DNA of 64,000 nucleotides from Octopus sinensis (lineage: Eukaryota), in the NCBI RefSeq assembly GCF_006345805.1, contig NC_042997.1, positions 109,678,001 to 109,742,000 of the forward strand. Reading direction: 5' to 3'. A program made the translations under genes and the position numbers. Positions 11,985 through 25,514 of this stretch are shown piece after piece (positions within the stretch are counted from its first letter, which is position 1; every line of letters begins with the position of its first letter). The notes under the pieces are model-generated. The model saw only the letters and a program-made list of their open reading frames with translations. It did no database searches and was not told where the DNA came from.

Positions 11985-13715
11985 GTGTGTGTCTGTCTGT
12001 CTGTCTGTCTATCCATCCAGCTGTCTGTCTGTCCATGCATCCACCTATCTATCTTTTATATATATATACATATGTACATAAACACAGTTATCTGCTGAAA
12101 TGTCACGTGAAACTCCGAGCAACAAACAGTTCATGAAGATTTTTATTTTCATAAACTAATATATTACTCGACATTTGGTATTCGAATACTATTTTTCCAA
12201 CTTCTTTTGCACCTATCTGCTTACGTGTATGTATGTGTGTGTGTGTGTGTGTGTGTGGTTTGTGCTTAATCTGTTCGCGACTGAACCGCCGAACGCAGGC
12301 CTAAACTCTAAGCAGGCTGAATATATTTTACGTCTCTGACATTACGATGTGTGCGTGTGTGTGTATGATATATATATATATATATACATGCTCATATGTA
12401 GAGATATATTATGTATCTATGTATATATATACATACATGCAGACACACACACACACATAAGTTCTCCATAACATATTCCTAGATGTAATTTCAACTGAGT
12501 GTTGTTCTAAAATTGACCAAGTCTACTTCACCTGGTAAAAGACATAAAACGCTTATCAAAAGCCTAAGCTGACGACATTCGCAGCTGTTGATTCATTTTA
12601 ACGTTTAACTTTTCCTCTCACCACCCAACCTCCACTTTCTCTCTGTTTTTAAACATTTTTCTTTATAGTTTAATGTTTCTTGCATCTTAGTCCTTATTCA
12701 TTTCTTGACTGCACGCTTTTTTTTTTATATATATATTTGGTTGATTAATACTTTTTATCATATTTCTTTTTGATCGAAATATTGATAATTGATTGTTTTG
12801 TTGGTTTTGGCTGTGAAAAAAATCTCAAGCGAAACTGATGTAATACATTGTGTGTATTTAAGCGTATGGGCGCGCACACGTGTGTATGTGTGTGTGTGTG
12901 TGTGTGTGTGTATTTATATACATACATACTTATGTGTGCATATGCGTCTGTGTGCATGTGCATATATATATATATATGTGTGCATATTTGTGCGCATACA
13001 TATTCGTGTGTGTGAGGGTATTTGCATATAAATATCTGTATATACATGCACATATAGTTATTCATATATATGTGTGTATATATGTATCTAAGGATATATA
13101 CATATAAGTATATGTATATAAGTATTCACCCAAATACACACACACATGCACACACTGACGCATAGTCACACATATATAATGTGGGGTGGTATTTGAACAC
13201 ACGCCCCCCCCACTCAAACACAGCAGTTCTGCAGAATAAAATTATTAATTTGTTTTCCAATTTCACTTCAATTTTTTTCCTAACTTTTGATCTTATTACA
13301 GCATATATAGTACGTCCGTCTGTGTAGTAATGGATCTCTTTCTCTCTTGTATGTATATATGTATGTATGTACGCCCAGGCACACATATACATACACACAT
13401 ACGCATATTGAAAGAGCACGCAAGAGAATGGACGCGGTGACAACCGTCTAGTCGTGTTTGCTGGTATGGGGTGAGAGAGAGAGAGAGAAAGTAAGATAGA
13501 AAGAAAGAGAGAAAAAAAGAAAGAAAGAAAGAAAGAAAGATAGTGGGTGCCGAGCAATAACTTTGTATTTTAATAATTAGTTGAAACAAACTTTGTTGAA
13601 CGCAAGTTTTGGATAAATAAGAATAATTGTGAAGTTTAGACACAAGTATACGATTTCTTCTTAAAGCACAGTCTGTGCATTTGTATCTGCGGGTATATAT
13701 ATATATATATATTAT

Positions 13716-13768
<53 letters not shown>

Positions 13769-13772
<4 letters not shown>

Positions 13773-13963
13773 TCGCCATGATGGATCGCTAGCCACTACG
13801 CATTCCTTATTTTCTCTCCTTGTTCCTTTCTTTGGAAGACCGTAGGCTCGAAACGTTAAAGACTTATTCACTTCCCGAGCGTTAAACTAATACATATGTT
13901 TGTTGTCTACGCCAACTGTCTTCGTTTTTTTGTTTTTCTTTTGTGAATTCACTCCCTCTCTCG
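13769..13963 (+). mobile_element. Short PLE-terminal-repeat-like element with a degenerate hammerhead motif (copy 2)
   Basis: CTTT-CTTTGGA-A-GACC-GTAG-GCTC-GAAACGTT-AAAG at 13826-13861. Starts TCGCCATG..TCGCTAGC like copy 3 and sits between two long (TA)n tracts. Confidence 0.7.
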
Positions 13964-14015
<52 letters not shown>

Positions 14016-14018
<3 letters not shown>

Positions 14019-14790
14019 AAAGTGACAAATAAGAAAGTGGAGAGGATACAAAAGGGTCAGACAACAGCCGGTAAACATTCCAGTATGTCTATTATTTCGA
14101 ATTATTAGATGAATACATACACGTGTATTAGTGGTAAAGATTATCAAATAGAAAGAGTAGGTTATTGCAAAAACAAAGGCGTGGAAGCATATAATCATAT
14201 AAGAATAGGTGATTGAGTAAATGAGCGAATGAGTAAATGTACAGATTTTCAGTAAAACCGAATGGGTGTGCAGGTGCTAGTTCCTTAAGACCGTTTCTGC
14301 TAAGGCGCAATGAAATCTTCCAGGTTATCTCCATCTCTTCGGTGTTATGTAGGGATGAACGGGTAAAGCTTGGATAATGAATATGCCTCTAGGCTTCTTC
14401 AGAGGGTCTAGGTGGTTGAGGGGGGCGCTAACACATAGAAAAAAGGTTAATAATAGCTACAGTGTGTTTGTCTCTTTAACAAAACAGAGTAGAGGAAGAA
14501 TAGGGGTAAAAATAAGAACAACCATGTGGATGGAAGTGAAGCACATCTTAGTATAATGATTTGGGTATAGCAAGGGAAATCGATTTTGTATCCTCTCCAC
14601 TTTCTTATTTGCCGTATAAATCAAGGGTAAACCAGTTTTTACCCCCGCCGGTATATAACACGCAATTTCAAATTTGCCACGCAATAAGTAGCACTTGGGT
14701 AAGAATAATTGGGTAGACTACCAGCAGTATATTGGACAAGTACTATCCCTTAGTTGGTTTCTCAACCTCCAACTCACACAGAAATATATA
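14016..14790 (-). mobile_element. Penelope-like element remnant with inverted terminal-repeat arrangement
   Basis: Minus-strand LKELAPAHPFGFTEN resembles the end of a PLE GIY-YIG domain. A perfect 28-bp inverted repeat links 14026-14053 and 14584-14611. Both end pieces align to one contiguous repeat at 52642-52891. Confidence 0.55.
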
Positions 14791-14800
14791 TATATATATA

Positions 14801-14839
<39 letters not shown>

Positions 14840-14999
14840 TGTGTGTGTATATGTGTGTATGTGTATATGTATAATATATATGTATATGCATATATGTATA
14901 TATATATGTATATGCACATATATATATATACACACATATATATACACACACATATATATACACACACATATATATACACACATATATATATATATACAT

Positions 15000-15056
<57 letters not shown>

Positions 15057-15103
15057 ATATATTCAGACAGAGAGAGAGAGACAGACAGACAGACAAACAG
15101 AAA

Positions 15104-15372
15104 GGCGAGGCTGAGTGGTAAGAAGCTTGCTTCCCAAACACACGGTTTCGGCTTCAGTCCCACTGCGTGGTACCTCGGGCAGGTGTCTTCTACTATAGCC
15201 TCGGGCCGACCAAAGCTTTGTGAGTGGATTTGGTAGACATAAACTGAAAGAAGCCCAATTCTCCCCCCCCCTATATATATATATATATATATATATTTGT
15301 TTGTGTACCTCTTCCCCCTCCCCACCATCGCTACACAACCGACGTTGGCGTGTTTACATCCCCCATAATATC
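15104..15372 (+). mobile_element. SINE family A, 3'-truncated
   Basis: Head, CORE-like motif and spacer are present. The tail stops at GTGTTTACATCCCCCATAA. Confidence 0.85.
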
Positions 15373-15770
15373 GTCTACTCTCTCCATGGTTCGGTACCAA
15401 GGATTGTCATCTCTTTCTTCTGCTGCTCTTTTATGTCTTCTGTATTTTAAATCTGTCAATTTTTTTTCATATTATCCAGTCACGAATTCCTGACTGCCAT
15501 CTTTCTCCATTCTCATTTATGTTACGTTGTTGAAAGTCTTTGTAAACCATTCCGTCTAATGAACTTCCCACTCCATTCTAACCCTTCTCTCTTTGGAAGC
15601 ACCAAATAAAATGCCCCTAGACATTCTTACGATCTTCATTATTTGTTTTATATTCAGTCAGTCTGACATTTTCAAAAATTCTCCATATTTCCACTCATAT
15701 ATTCTCTTTGTCACAACTCTATGCTAATTCCTAAACCATTTCCTTCTACGTGGACAACGATGCGCATCTC
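15373..15770 (-). mobile_element. Degenerate RTE-like LINE 3' fragment
   Basis: Minus-strand pieces RRRKWF..VVTKRIYEWK and KRAAEERD resemble the RTE ORF C-terminus. Many stops. Confidence 0.45.
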
Positions 15771-15967
15771 TCTCTATCCTCTTCTCCTCCTTTGCCTTTC
15801 TCTCTCACTCTCTCCTACTCACTCCCTCTCTCTTTCACTCTCACTCTCTCAGTGACTCTTAACCACATGTTTGTTCGAAATGTTTATACTTCAGCTTTAT
15901 ATGGTCCAACATCTATCATTTCATATTTATATATGCGTGTGTGTTTGTGTGTATATTTGTCAGTGCA

Positions 15968-16007
<40 letters not shown>

Positions 16008-16254
16008 CACACACACACAGAAATACGCATACGTGTACATATATGTATATTTATATATGTATACATATATATTTATATATATATATATATTTATATATAT
16101 TTTTATATATATCTTTATATATATATATACTATACATGCACACACACACATATATATATACATACACACATATATTTATATATCTTTATATATATACATA
16201 CATACACACACACACATGTATTGAGTTTTTTTTGTGGACCCTAATAGTGAATGC

Positions 16255-16710
16255 CTGTCTATCTTGTTATTGACCTCAGGAGTGCTTCCACTTTCATAAC
16301 GAGTTGCTTTGTATGGGGAGACTATAGTGGGCAATAGTAGTAAAGCTGCGGGTCGGGCAAAAGTAGAGGCGGATGATGGTGTAGGCATCTGTAGACCAGA
16401 AAGTTCTCAGAATCCAAGAGCACATCTTGCGGGCCAAGTCAACCTTGCTGTTTACATGGGAACTTCTGCTTAGATTTGTTATCAACAATTACTCTAAGGT
16501 CTCTGGTGTTGCTGGATGACAGTAGGGAGTCACTCGATACAATTTAGATCTGTCTGTGTGGTAGTTGTATAACCCTGAGCCTGCTTTTATTGAACAGACT
16601 TAAGCTGAAAGCCTTCTCTCCGTGACCATCTCTTGTATTCACCTATCCTGGTTAAACATTCTCCAATATATTTTTGATGTTTGAAAACGATGTGGATTGA
16701 TTTACAGGAG
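16255..16710 (-). mobile_element. CR1/L2-group LINE reverse-transcriptase C-terminal fragment
   Basis: Frameshifted minus-strand pieces RDLRVIVD, NLSRSSHVNSKVDLARKMCSWILRTF, FARP and SPYKA match the CR1-group 'DLGVIVD..L.W..H...RP.LEY...WSP' region. Confidence 0.85.
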
Positions 16711-17202
16711 ACTAGGCTGCTATTTCCACCAGCTGGAGCGATCAATTAGTAAAACCTCACCACAACAATAACCCCCCCCCCATTCTACTGTTCGTGTCTT
16801 TGGGAAAAAAGAAATGCGAAACCCACATCTCACGTGACTAATGGCTGGTTTTTGAAAACAGTTTCCAACGGAACACGAAACCTTAAGACACAGATTATTT
16901 CTACTTAGTCTCCATGTTTGTTTGTTTAAGCCGTTCTTATTTGTTTTCATTCTCTTATTTTCGTTTAACTTTTGACTTTTTTGCTTCATCTCATGTTTTA
17001 TTGTGTTTGATTTTTGTGTGTGTATGGTGGGGTGGTGCTTTTTTTTCTCTTTTTTTACCTTCTCACTATTTTCGTCTTCTCCCTTTTTGTTTTTCGTGTT
17101 GCTGTGGTTAAATAAGTGTAAAGACATCACTAATGTTGGCCATCTGAGAAGACGGCTCACACCACAATCTCACACACGCTCGCACACACACACTCTCTCT
17201 GT

Positions 17203-17233
<31 letters not shown>

Positions 17234-18163
17234 ACACACACTCTCTCTCTCACACACGCACACTCACACTCGCTCACATACGACTTGGGTTTAAATTCTT
17301 ATACTGTTGATTCTTTCTTTCCAACTCAGTGATTTAACAATCTCCCACGAGCTTCATAATTTCCAACACACTTCACTTCCTGGTGTATCAGGGCTATCAC
17401 TGAATAGATTCTTTATCTTGTTACCTTTTGATACCAACCGCAACTAAGACCCCCTCCAACACCACCACCTCCAAGTATATTTTATGTACGAATTCCTCAT
17501 GTAGGGAGGGCAGGGCAAACTCCTGTTCTTTGTCTCATTTTAACCGGAGACTCTACGATCTGAAATCGGTCTGTTCAGTATAAGCTAGATTATTATTGAC
17601 AAACACTTCTCCTTTATTCGCCTGTCTCGTGCAACTGCCATCATTGCTTCCGAGTGAAACTACATTTGCATCAGTCAACCGGTGCAAGAAAGCTGAACTG
17701 TCATATTGCAGTCACCAACAGAGCTCTCTCGTGGCTAAATAGTAAACGATTTAATCTTAATTCAATTCCAAAAACTTTACTGAAATTGGAATCTAACCAA
17801 GGCACAGAAAAGTGCTGCGCTTCATCGTGTCAAAGTAGCCTTCTGTTCTATAGTAGTCAGTACAAATGTAAAGACACTGAAACAGAGTTTGTCACGTGAT
17901 CTGAACCAAGCAATGAAAAAGAACTTCGTTCATCGTCTAATGAGTGTTATCTACAGTTAGAAATTGTGAACGACCCACCACTTAAATCCAAGTGTCCGAA
18001 AGATCGGGTTTTATATCTTTTTTCAATATATTTATCGTTTGTGAATCTTAACACGAACTCAAACTGGTAAAACAAATATCTGAACTGCACGATACAGTTA
18101 TTAAAATCTCTTGTTTCATTTGTACAACTATCTCTTTGGTCGTGTGTATATATATGTATATAT

Positions 18164-18535
18164 ATTCTTTTACTTGTTTCAGTCATTTGACTGCTGCCAT
18201 GCTGGAGCACCGCGTTTTAGTCCAGCAAATAGACCAGGACTTATTCTTTGTAAGCCTAGTACTTATTCTAACGGACTCTTTTGCCGAACCTCTAGTTTAC
18301 GGGGATGTAAACACACCAACATCGGTTGTCAAGTGATTTGGGGGACAAACACAGACACATAAACATAGACACACACACACACACACACATATACATATAT
18401 ACGACGGACTTCTTTCAGTTTCCGTCTACCAAATCCACTCACAAGGCTTCGGTCGGCCCGAGGCAATAGTAGAAGACTGAACCTGGAACCATGTGGTTGG
18501 TAACCAAGCTAGATACCACACAGCCACTCCTATGC

Positions 18536-18538
<3 letters not shown>
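18164..18538 (-). mobile_element. SINE family A with internal deletion of the CORE-like motif
   Basis: Reverse complement of consensus. AGAAGAC is joined directly to TGAACC. Confidence 0.9.
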
Positions 18539-18604
<66 letters not shown>

Positions 18605-18614
18605 ATATATATAT

Positions 18615-18645
<31 letters not shown>

Positions 18646-19080
18646 ACATACATGCACACACGTTTATACCGACAGTCTCACACCTATCCCCATATATATG
18701 CAATCCACACGAATTATCTCGTCAATATTGAATTAATAATGTTATCATTGTTTTTCCTTTCTTCACTGAATTCCGCCAGCAGCAGTTTCGAACTCATCTT
18801 TCGATTAATTATGTTGCCAGGTGTGTGTGTGTGTGTGTGTGTAAATATGTCTGCGTGAATATATATGTGTGAGTGCGTGTGTGTGCGTTATATATAACAC
18901 GTACATATATATATATACAAAACGAACATATATGTATATATAAAACACGTATATATATTGTAACACTATACTTGTTCCACGTCTTCGTGTTGTTTTCGTG
19001 TTTTCATATTTGGATTAAACACATATATATGTGTGTGTGTGTGTGTGTGTATATATATCTATATCTATGTGTATATGTGT

Positions 19081-19200
19081 GTGTAAATGTGTGTATATAT
19101 TTATATGTATGTATAAATGTGTGTATATATTTATATGTATGTATAAATGTATGTATATATTTATATGTATGTATAAATGTATGTATATATATATATATAT
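19081..19200. repeat. 30-bp minisatellite, ~4 copies
   Basis: Unit GTATAAATGTGTGTATATATTTATATGTAT repeats with period 30. Confidence 0.85.
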
Positions 19201-19511
19201 GGATGTATATGTATGTGAAAGTGTGTATGTATGTATTTATGTATGTATATATATATATATATAAACGTATAAGTAAAGCGCACGCACACGCGCGAGCGCC
19301 AGCACAGATATATGTAGAGCTTCTGTATGTGCATGTGTGTCTGCGCGTTCCAGTGTTTTTGTATGTGTCCGGTATATATATATATATATAAATATATTTG
19401 TTTGTCTGTATATATTCCGGTGTGTGTATATATAGGCAATAATTGAACCAGTAATATAACCTTAAGTATATATTTGTGTTCCCAACAGTACAATGTCAAA
19501 CACACCACCAC

Positions 19512-19543
<32 letters not shown>

Positions 19544-20950
19544 TTACAATAATCATCATCATCGCCATTTTATTTTTTGGTTTCTCTTTATAAATGTTTA
19601 TATTTTTGCCAACATAAGGTGAACGTGTAGTTAGGTGAATGTAGGTCACGTCTACCTTGGCAAACTGGGATACCTGGCTGTGTGTACCAGTGAGTCAGTG
19701 CAGTCGCCTGCTGGTTTTTATATGTCGGAATACAGGAATAACAGACCAGCAGCGGTGAGGGGGTGGGGAGTGAAGGTGAGAGAGAAGGGGAGAGAGAGGG
19801 AACGAGAGAGAAGTAGAGATAAAGAGAGAAGAGGAGAGAGAGGAAGAGATAAAGAGAGAAGGGGGCGTCTTTATCCCCTGTGTAACATTTGATTAAGAGA
19901 GAGTGGGAGTGAGTGAGAGTGGGGTGGGGGTGATGTGAAGGGCAGAAAAAAATGCAATTTTGAACTTTTGCGTAAAGTTTATCTGTCACGATGTTTGTCT
20001 TATGTAATAATAAATGAAGGGCTGGGTGGATGTGGGTAGGAGTGTGTGGTGTGTGTGTGTGTGTGTGTGTGCTTGGTGTGAAAGTGTATATGTACGGTCT
20101 GTGACTGTGTCCGTGTAGTGAGTGTGTGTGTGTGGTTGCGTGAATTGTGTGTGAATGTAGTTGTTATTGCTGTTCAATGTTACCCACAAGGCTCCCCTCC
20201 TCCTCCACTCAGGGGTGTGGGGGTTTCTCTGAGAGGATTGAAAAATGCCATGTTTAATAGACTCAGATGGTTCCAAGCTTTAAAACATCTCCACCCCTGC
20301 CGTCACCACCACCAGAAGAAAGAACTGTGCGGATGGCGACGGGTTGTTTTGTGTTTTTCCCTAATAAACAACCAGGCGGGGAATTTCATTTGTGTTATTT
20401 TTTATGGGAGTTGGTGGTGGGTGGGTGTCTGATATGTAACATCCTTCGCAGACCTATGGCTTAAAACACAAAATCCAGCCGTGACTATCATGCCTGTTAC
20501 TCTTTGCTTGGTAACGAAATTCAGCCCAACATCATCCTTTTTCTAAGAATAGAAATTTGAGGCAGAGCGTGCACCAGCATGCCCCTGTATATGTGTGTGT
20601 GAGAATTGTAATATTAGCAGATGTGTTGGTGACATGTATGATTGTCTTTCTGTCAATTGGTGAAATTTTGGATTCTAAGTTGCCCCCCCCCCCGCCACAA
20701 AGAACATTATTCTCTTTGTATGTTGCCCCCTCTCACCGATGCCATTGAGAAATCCCTTAATATTGGAATATAATTCTCTATCAATTCCCCTTCAACCAAA
20801 ATACAGTTCCAACACAGACTTGGTTCGTCGTACAACAAACAGTGCAGCCATATTTTCTACTCCGTCCAATCAAATGACTTCTAATTACTTTTATTAAAAA
20901 TGTTATTAGTATTACTAACGGCAACAAGGTAATTAGTGTTCTGAATTACG

Positions 20951-21117
20951 AGGCTTTTCTGTGTGTTAAGAAATTTGCTTCCCAACCAGATAATTCCTAG
21001 TTCCGGGTTCAGTCCCACTGCGTGGCACCGTGGGCATGCGGCCTCTACTGTAGCCTCGGGCCAAGCAAAGTCTTGCGAGTGAATTTGGTAGACGGAAACT
21101 GAAAGAGGCCGATAGTA
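20951..21117 (+). mobile_element. SINE family A, 5' half only
   Basis: GGGTTCAGTCCCACTGCGTGGCACC...GGTAGACGGAAACTGAAAGA. Ends at the spacer position. Confidence 0.8.
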
Positions 21118-21543
21118 AATATACATGTGTGTGTACATTCCCTGACATATATATATATGAAAAACTAAAATAGGCCATTCGTAGTGTAACGTCTTTGATC
21201 ATTGATCTGCTTGCACGATAAAGGTTAGCCTGGGGCTAACCCATACCATCATTATAGATGAAGAGATCAATAAGCCATCACCTGTCCCGTTTGAGTAAAT
21301 ATATATTTTGTTCTTTACAGTGTAATCTCTTCATGCATGCACGAACGAGCAGACACGAACATAGAGAAACACGTTTATATACAGAGTAAATATCCACACA
21401 CAGACATACAAACGTACACACACACACACACACACAAACTCTCGCGTATATACGTGGCATGTTTTATAATTCTTTAAAGCTGAATTTTGCATACAAGATG
21501 GCCGTGTGTGCGTGTGTGTACATTATATTATATTATATATAGC

Positions 21544-21577
<34 letters not shown>

Positions 21578-21929
21578 GAGAAAGTATAGATGTAGTGTAC
21601 GGTTTCAAGCAACATGTTGAGTCGATGTGACATGCTAGGAGAAAATGAAAGTCTATTGGAAGAAGAGGTAAGAATAGTGCCAATCAAAGTACATTATAAC
21701 GTTGTAAGGCAACTGGAAGATTTTCCGTGAGAGGTTTTATCGATCTGTGTGAGCACGCGCGTGTGTGTGTGCGTATGTGTGTGTTTCCTGAACTAGGTTT
21801 TGCTTGAAAAATGACTATTGCCAATTCAGTGGCAATTTGGCAACTTCTCAGACTGGAATTGTTTCCTCAAGATGAAGAGGTACAAAGGTTTACTTCGTTC
21901 ACTTTTGGATTACAAACATCAATACTGTA

Positions 21930-22480
21930 ACATGTGCCGGGTTTAGGTTTTGCAAGGCCCTGAGCTGCTAAAACGAAGTAAGACATTATGGGGCTGAGGG
22001 TGGGAGAATATTCTGTTGTGTCGGAATATTCTTTAACCATTCCATATTGTTGGATAACTTTTGGAGAACTTGGAGAATATCTTGGTTGGTATCAGAACCT
22101 CTTTAGATTAGATACTGAGAGACTAGCGGGTAAGAGAAAATCAGAATGGATTGAATTTTGTGAGGACCGCATCAGGATTAGCCAGAAGTAAAAGGAATGC
22201 TGCTGTAAGATGCTCAAACACTGTACAAACAATATGTATAGTTTGAATAAAATAATTTGAGGAAAATAGTGCGAAATATAGAAGGTACTGCATCGGGTTT
22301 GCCAATAGCTTTCTGTGAATTTTGGGAGATAGAAATTGTGCGATCATCGAGTGTGGATGGTCCTGCTTAAGGGGAGATGAAGAGAATTAATGCGTCGCTT
22401 TAACAGTACCAGCTTTCCCTTGGGTACCTCTAGCTGAGTGGAACCTTTCGTTCCTGCAAACAGTCTGGAGGATGTGTAGA
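21930..22480 (-). mobile_element. Possible old Penelope-like ORF remnant
   Basis: Weak, stop-ridden resemblance of minus-strand frames to the region after the PLE RT domain. Not verifiable by eye. Confidence 0.25.
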
Positions 22481-23518
22481 AAGTCCTGACTGTTGCTCGC
22501 CACCACCTCGTCTGACTTGGCTACAAAGAAACAAAAAAGTTCATTAACAGCAGGGTTTGCGTAAAGGAATTTTATTCCAGTTCTTGTTGCGTCAAACCGA
22601 TGTTAGACGTGTTGAAATAATGTGCCAACAACGAAGAGAGAGATAGAGAGAGGGAGAGAGAGAGAGAGAGAGAGATTCCTAGTTAACAGTTTATAGTAGA
22701 AGTCAACACCACATATACTAATGTGACCAGTGAGAATACTACTGTCTCTCCTCACCCCTGTTGAAGAGAGACAGGCTGGAAGCGTGTGTTTAGAATTAGA
22801 ATATATTTTATAAACACGAGCCATGTTGAGGGGAAAATGAAGATGGAACTGAGTGAAGTGTGTGCTTCACTTTGGTCTGTTATTTAGATAACAAATATTG
22901 GCGGATTTCCAAGGGTGATAGAGAGGGACGGAGGGAGGGAGAGAGAGAGAATGAAGGAGAGCGAGGAAGAGAGAAGGCTGGTCTTGAATTATTGTATCTA
23001 CAATGTTTTGTTTCAATGTGAGCGTAACTGTATGTATGCGTGCGAGTGCGCATGTGAATAATATATAAACACAACAAATACAAGTGTGTGTGCGCGTATA
23101 TATATATGCATATGTAAATATATATATATATATCTATATATTTATATGCATATATATATATGCATACACATACATACACACACATATACATATATGCATA
23201 CACATACATAATACACACATACATACATACACACATACAATACATACATACACGCACGTATATACACAAATACATACACATACATACACAAATATATACG
23301 CACATACACACATACATGCACACATACGCATACATACACACAAACACACATACATATGTTCTAGAACTATTCAGGGAAATACGATTATCACCGGTATATA
23401 AATTTAGAAAACCATCGATCTGTAACGAAAATGTCGGCCTTGAGTCACTCTGTTGCGTCGGCTTAGTATACAAAGATATATATATATTATATATTATATA
23501 TATATATATATATTATAT

Positions 23519-23554
<36 letters not shown>

Positions 23555-23783
23555 CATACTTTATGAAAATGTTGGTGTATGATAAGCCCCCATAGGAATA
23601 CTTTGTACGTATGTATGGACATCCGTGAGTGGTGCATTGAAATGTCTGAGGCAATGAACCTCAATGTTTGGTTTGGTTTTCTCCTTTTCGTTTTTGTCTT
23701 TCCTTCCTGACATTTTACTTCATAATATATTGGTATTGTTACTAAAATAACTGTCTTTGACGTATAGCAAATAACATCGAGAT

Positions 23784-23823
<40 letters not shown>

Positions 23824-24364
23824 TATATTCATCATGGCTCTTCTCAAGCAGAACAGACTTGTAAGCGACAGCGACAAGATATGAAGTTACAAATCAAGTT
23901 AACAAAATCAGCCTCTACGGGTCGCTTGTTTTGCTAGAAATAGATGCCAAATTACACCCTAAAAACATATTTCAATAACTTTCGTAGTAAAACGAATGAA
24001 AATGAATAAATCCGCAGTGTGTTACCCCTGACTACGTACAACTGCAGGTTCTATGTTTCCCCGTGAAGAGGAAATAGTAAATCTTTTTTATCTTCTCAAA
24101 CCGGAAGTAACACTTGGATTAATTTACTAAACTGTCACATAAAGTAAATAGCTGTAATCTCTTCACGCTTTTTTGAGATAGTTATGATATCCACTAGCAA
24201 CGGAAGCCGTTTTAGTGCCAAAAGGCAATGTTTATATCCAACTTAACGTGGCCGATGACGCAGTATTCAACATTCTAACACGACCTCCACGTTGCATATA
24301 TCATTATCGTTTTAATATTTACTTTCCTATGCCTGTATGATTCTGACGGAAAGTCTTTGAGGGA

Positions 24365-24520
24365 AATTTTCGATGGTCGGATGCCTTTCCTGCTGTGAAC
24401 CCTTGTTTCCAAATAAGGTAATATTTCCCTGTCTTTCGCAAAAGATTGGAAACAAACACCATTTGTGAGACGGTAACGCTCGGTTACAACAATTCATTTA
24501 TGTCAAGCCTGGGGAACACA
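24365..24520 (-). mobile_element. Degenerate fragment of an RTE-type SINE/LINE tail repeat
   Basis: GGATGCCTTTCC is the reverse complement of the GGAA(A/G)GGCATCC motif I recall from RTE-related tails. The rest resembles a recalled octopus repeat. Confidence 0.35.
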
Positions 24521-24759
24521 AACGCATGCGCGTCACACAGTTTGCATATGAGTTTAAAAGAATGTGTCGAGATGTATCCCTGAGTGTGTCAGGAACCCGT
24601 AACTTAGTGGGGAATAAAACATCTAGCAGACTGAAATATAATCTGGAGTCGATGAAAGCAACCAACGACTATGCTACTCCAGTATGGCCGCAGTTCATTG
24701 ATTCAAACCATAAACAGACAAAATACAGTAACAACTAAGACAATATACATGCATACAAA

Positions 24760-25151
24760 GGCGGCGAGCTGGCTGAGTCGTTAGCACGCCGGGCGAAATG
24801 GTTAGCGGTATTTCGTCTGCCGTTACGTTCTGAGTTCAAATTCCGCCGAGGTCGACTTTGCCTTTCATCCTTTCGGGGTCGATAAATTAAGTACTAGTTA
24901 CGCACTGGGGTCGATAAAATCGATTTAATCCGTTTGTCTGTTCTTGTTTGTCCCCACTGTGTTTAGCCCCTTGTGGGTAGTAAAGAAATAGGTATTTCGT
25001 TTATCTTTAAGTTCTGAGTTCAAATTCCGACGAGGTTGACTTTGCGTTTCATCCTTCTGGGGTCGACGAATTAAGTACCAGTTGCATACTGGAGTCGATG
25101 TGATCGACTGACCCGCCTCCCCAAAAATTTCGGGCCTTGTGCCTATAGTAG
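24760..25151 (+). mobile_element. SINE family B, dimeric form
   Basis: Same architecture and junction (GTAAAGAAATAGGTATTTCG) as 9065-9466. Confidence 0.9.
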
Positions 25152-25279
25152 TATACACATACACACACGTACACAAATATTCACGTATACAAACACACAC
25201 GTACGCAAACACGCACGTACACACGTGTAGAGATGTTGTGCTCAACAGAAAAAGGGGTCGGACAAAGTTCTTATATAAT

Positions 25280-25514
25280 CAGTGGGTTACAACCATTTTG
25301 TTTACCCTTTGATTCCTAACTTATTCACATGGACCCCTCTGAGCCATTTGGTGTTTAAAAATTTTTTATGATTAAATATTATTAGGTATTACATACAAAA
25401 ACTAAATTATCTTAAGCATTGTAGAAGTTTAGCCAGATTAATTGGACATACATTTTAACAACAACAATCTTATCTGAACCCTCAGCATCTTATGACCCCG
25501 GTTGAGAACATCTT
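25280..25514. mobile_element. Degenerate hAT-type MITE
   Basis: Ends CAGTGGGTTACAACC and GGTTGAGAACATCT resemble CAGTGGTTCTCAACC TIRs, with subterminal GACCCC motifs. No clear TSD. Confidence 0.5.

Noticed and set aside
21223-21241. 8-bp hairpin GGTTAGCC-TGG-GGCTAACC
   Set aside because: Within chance expectation for 64 kb, with no supporting context.
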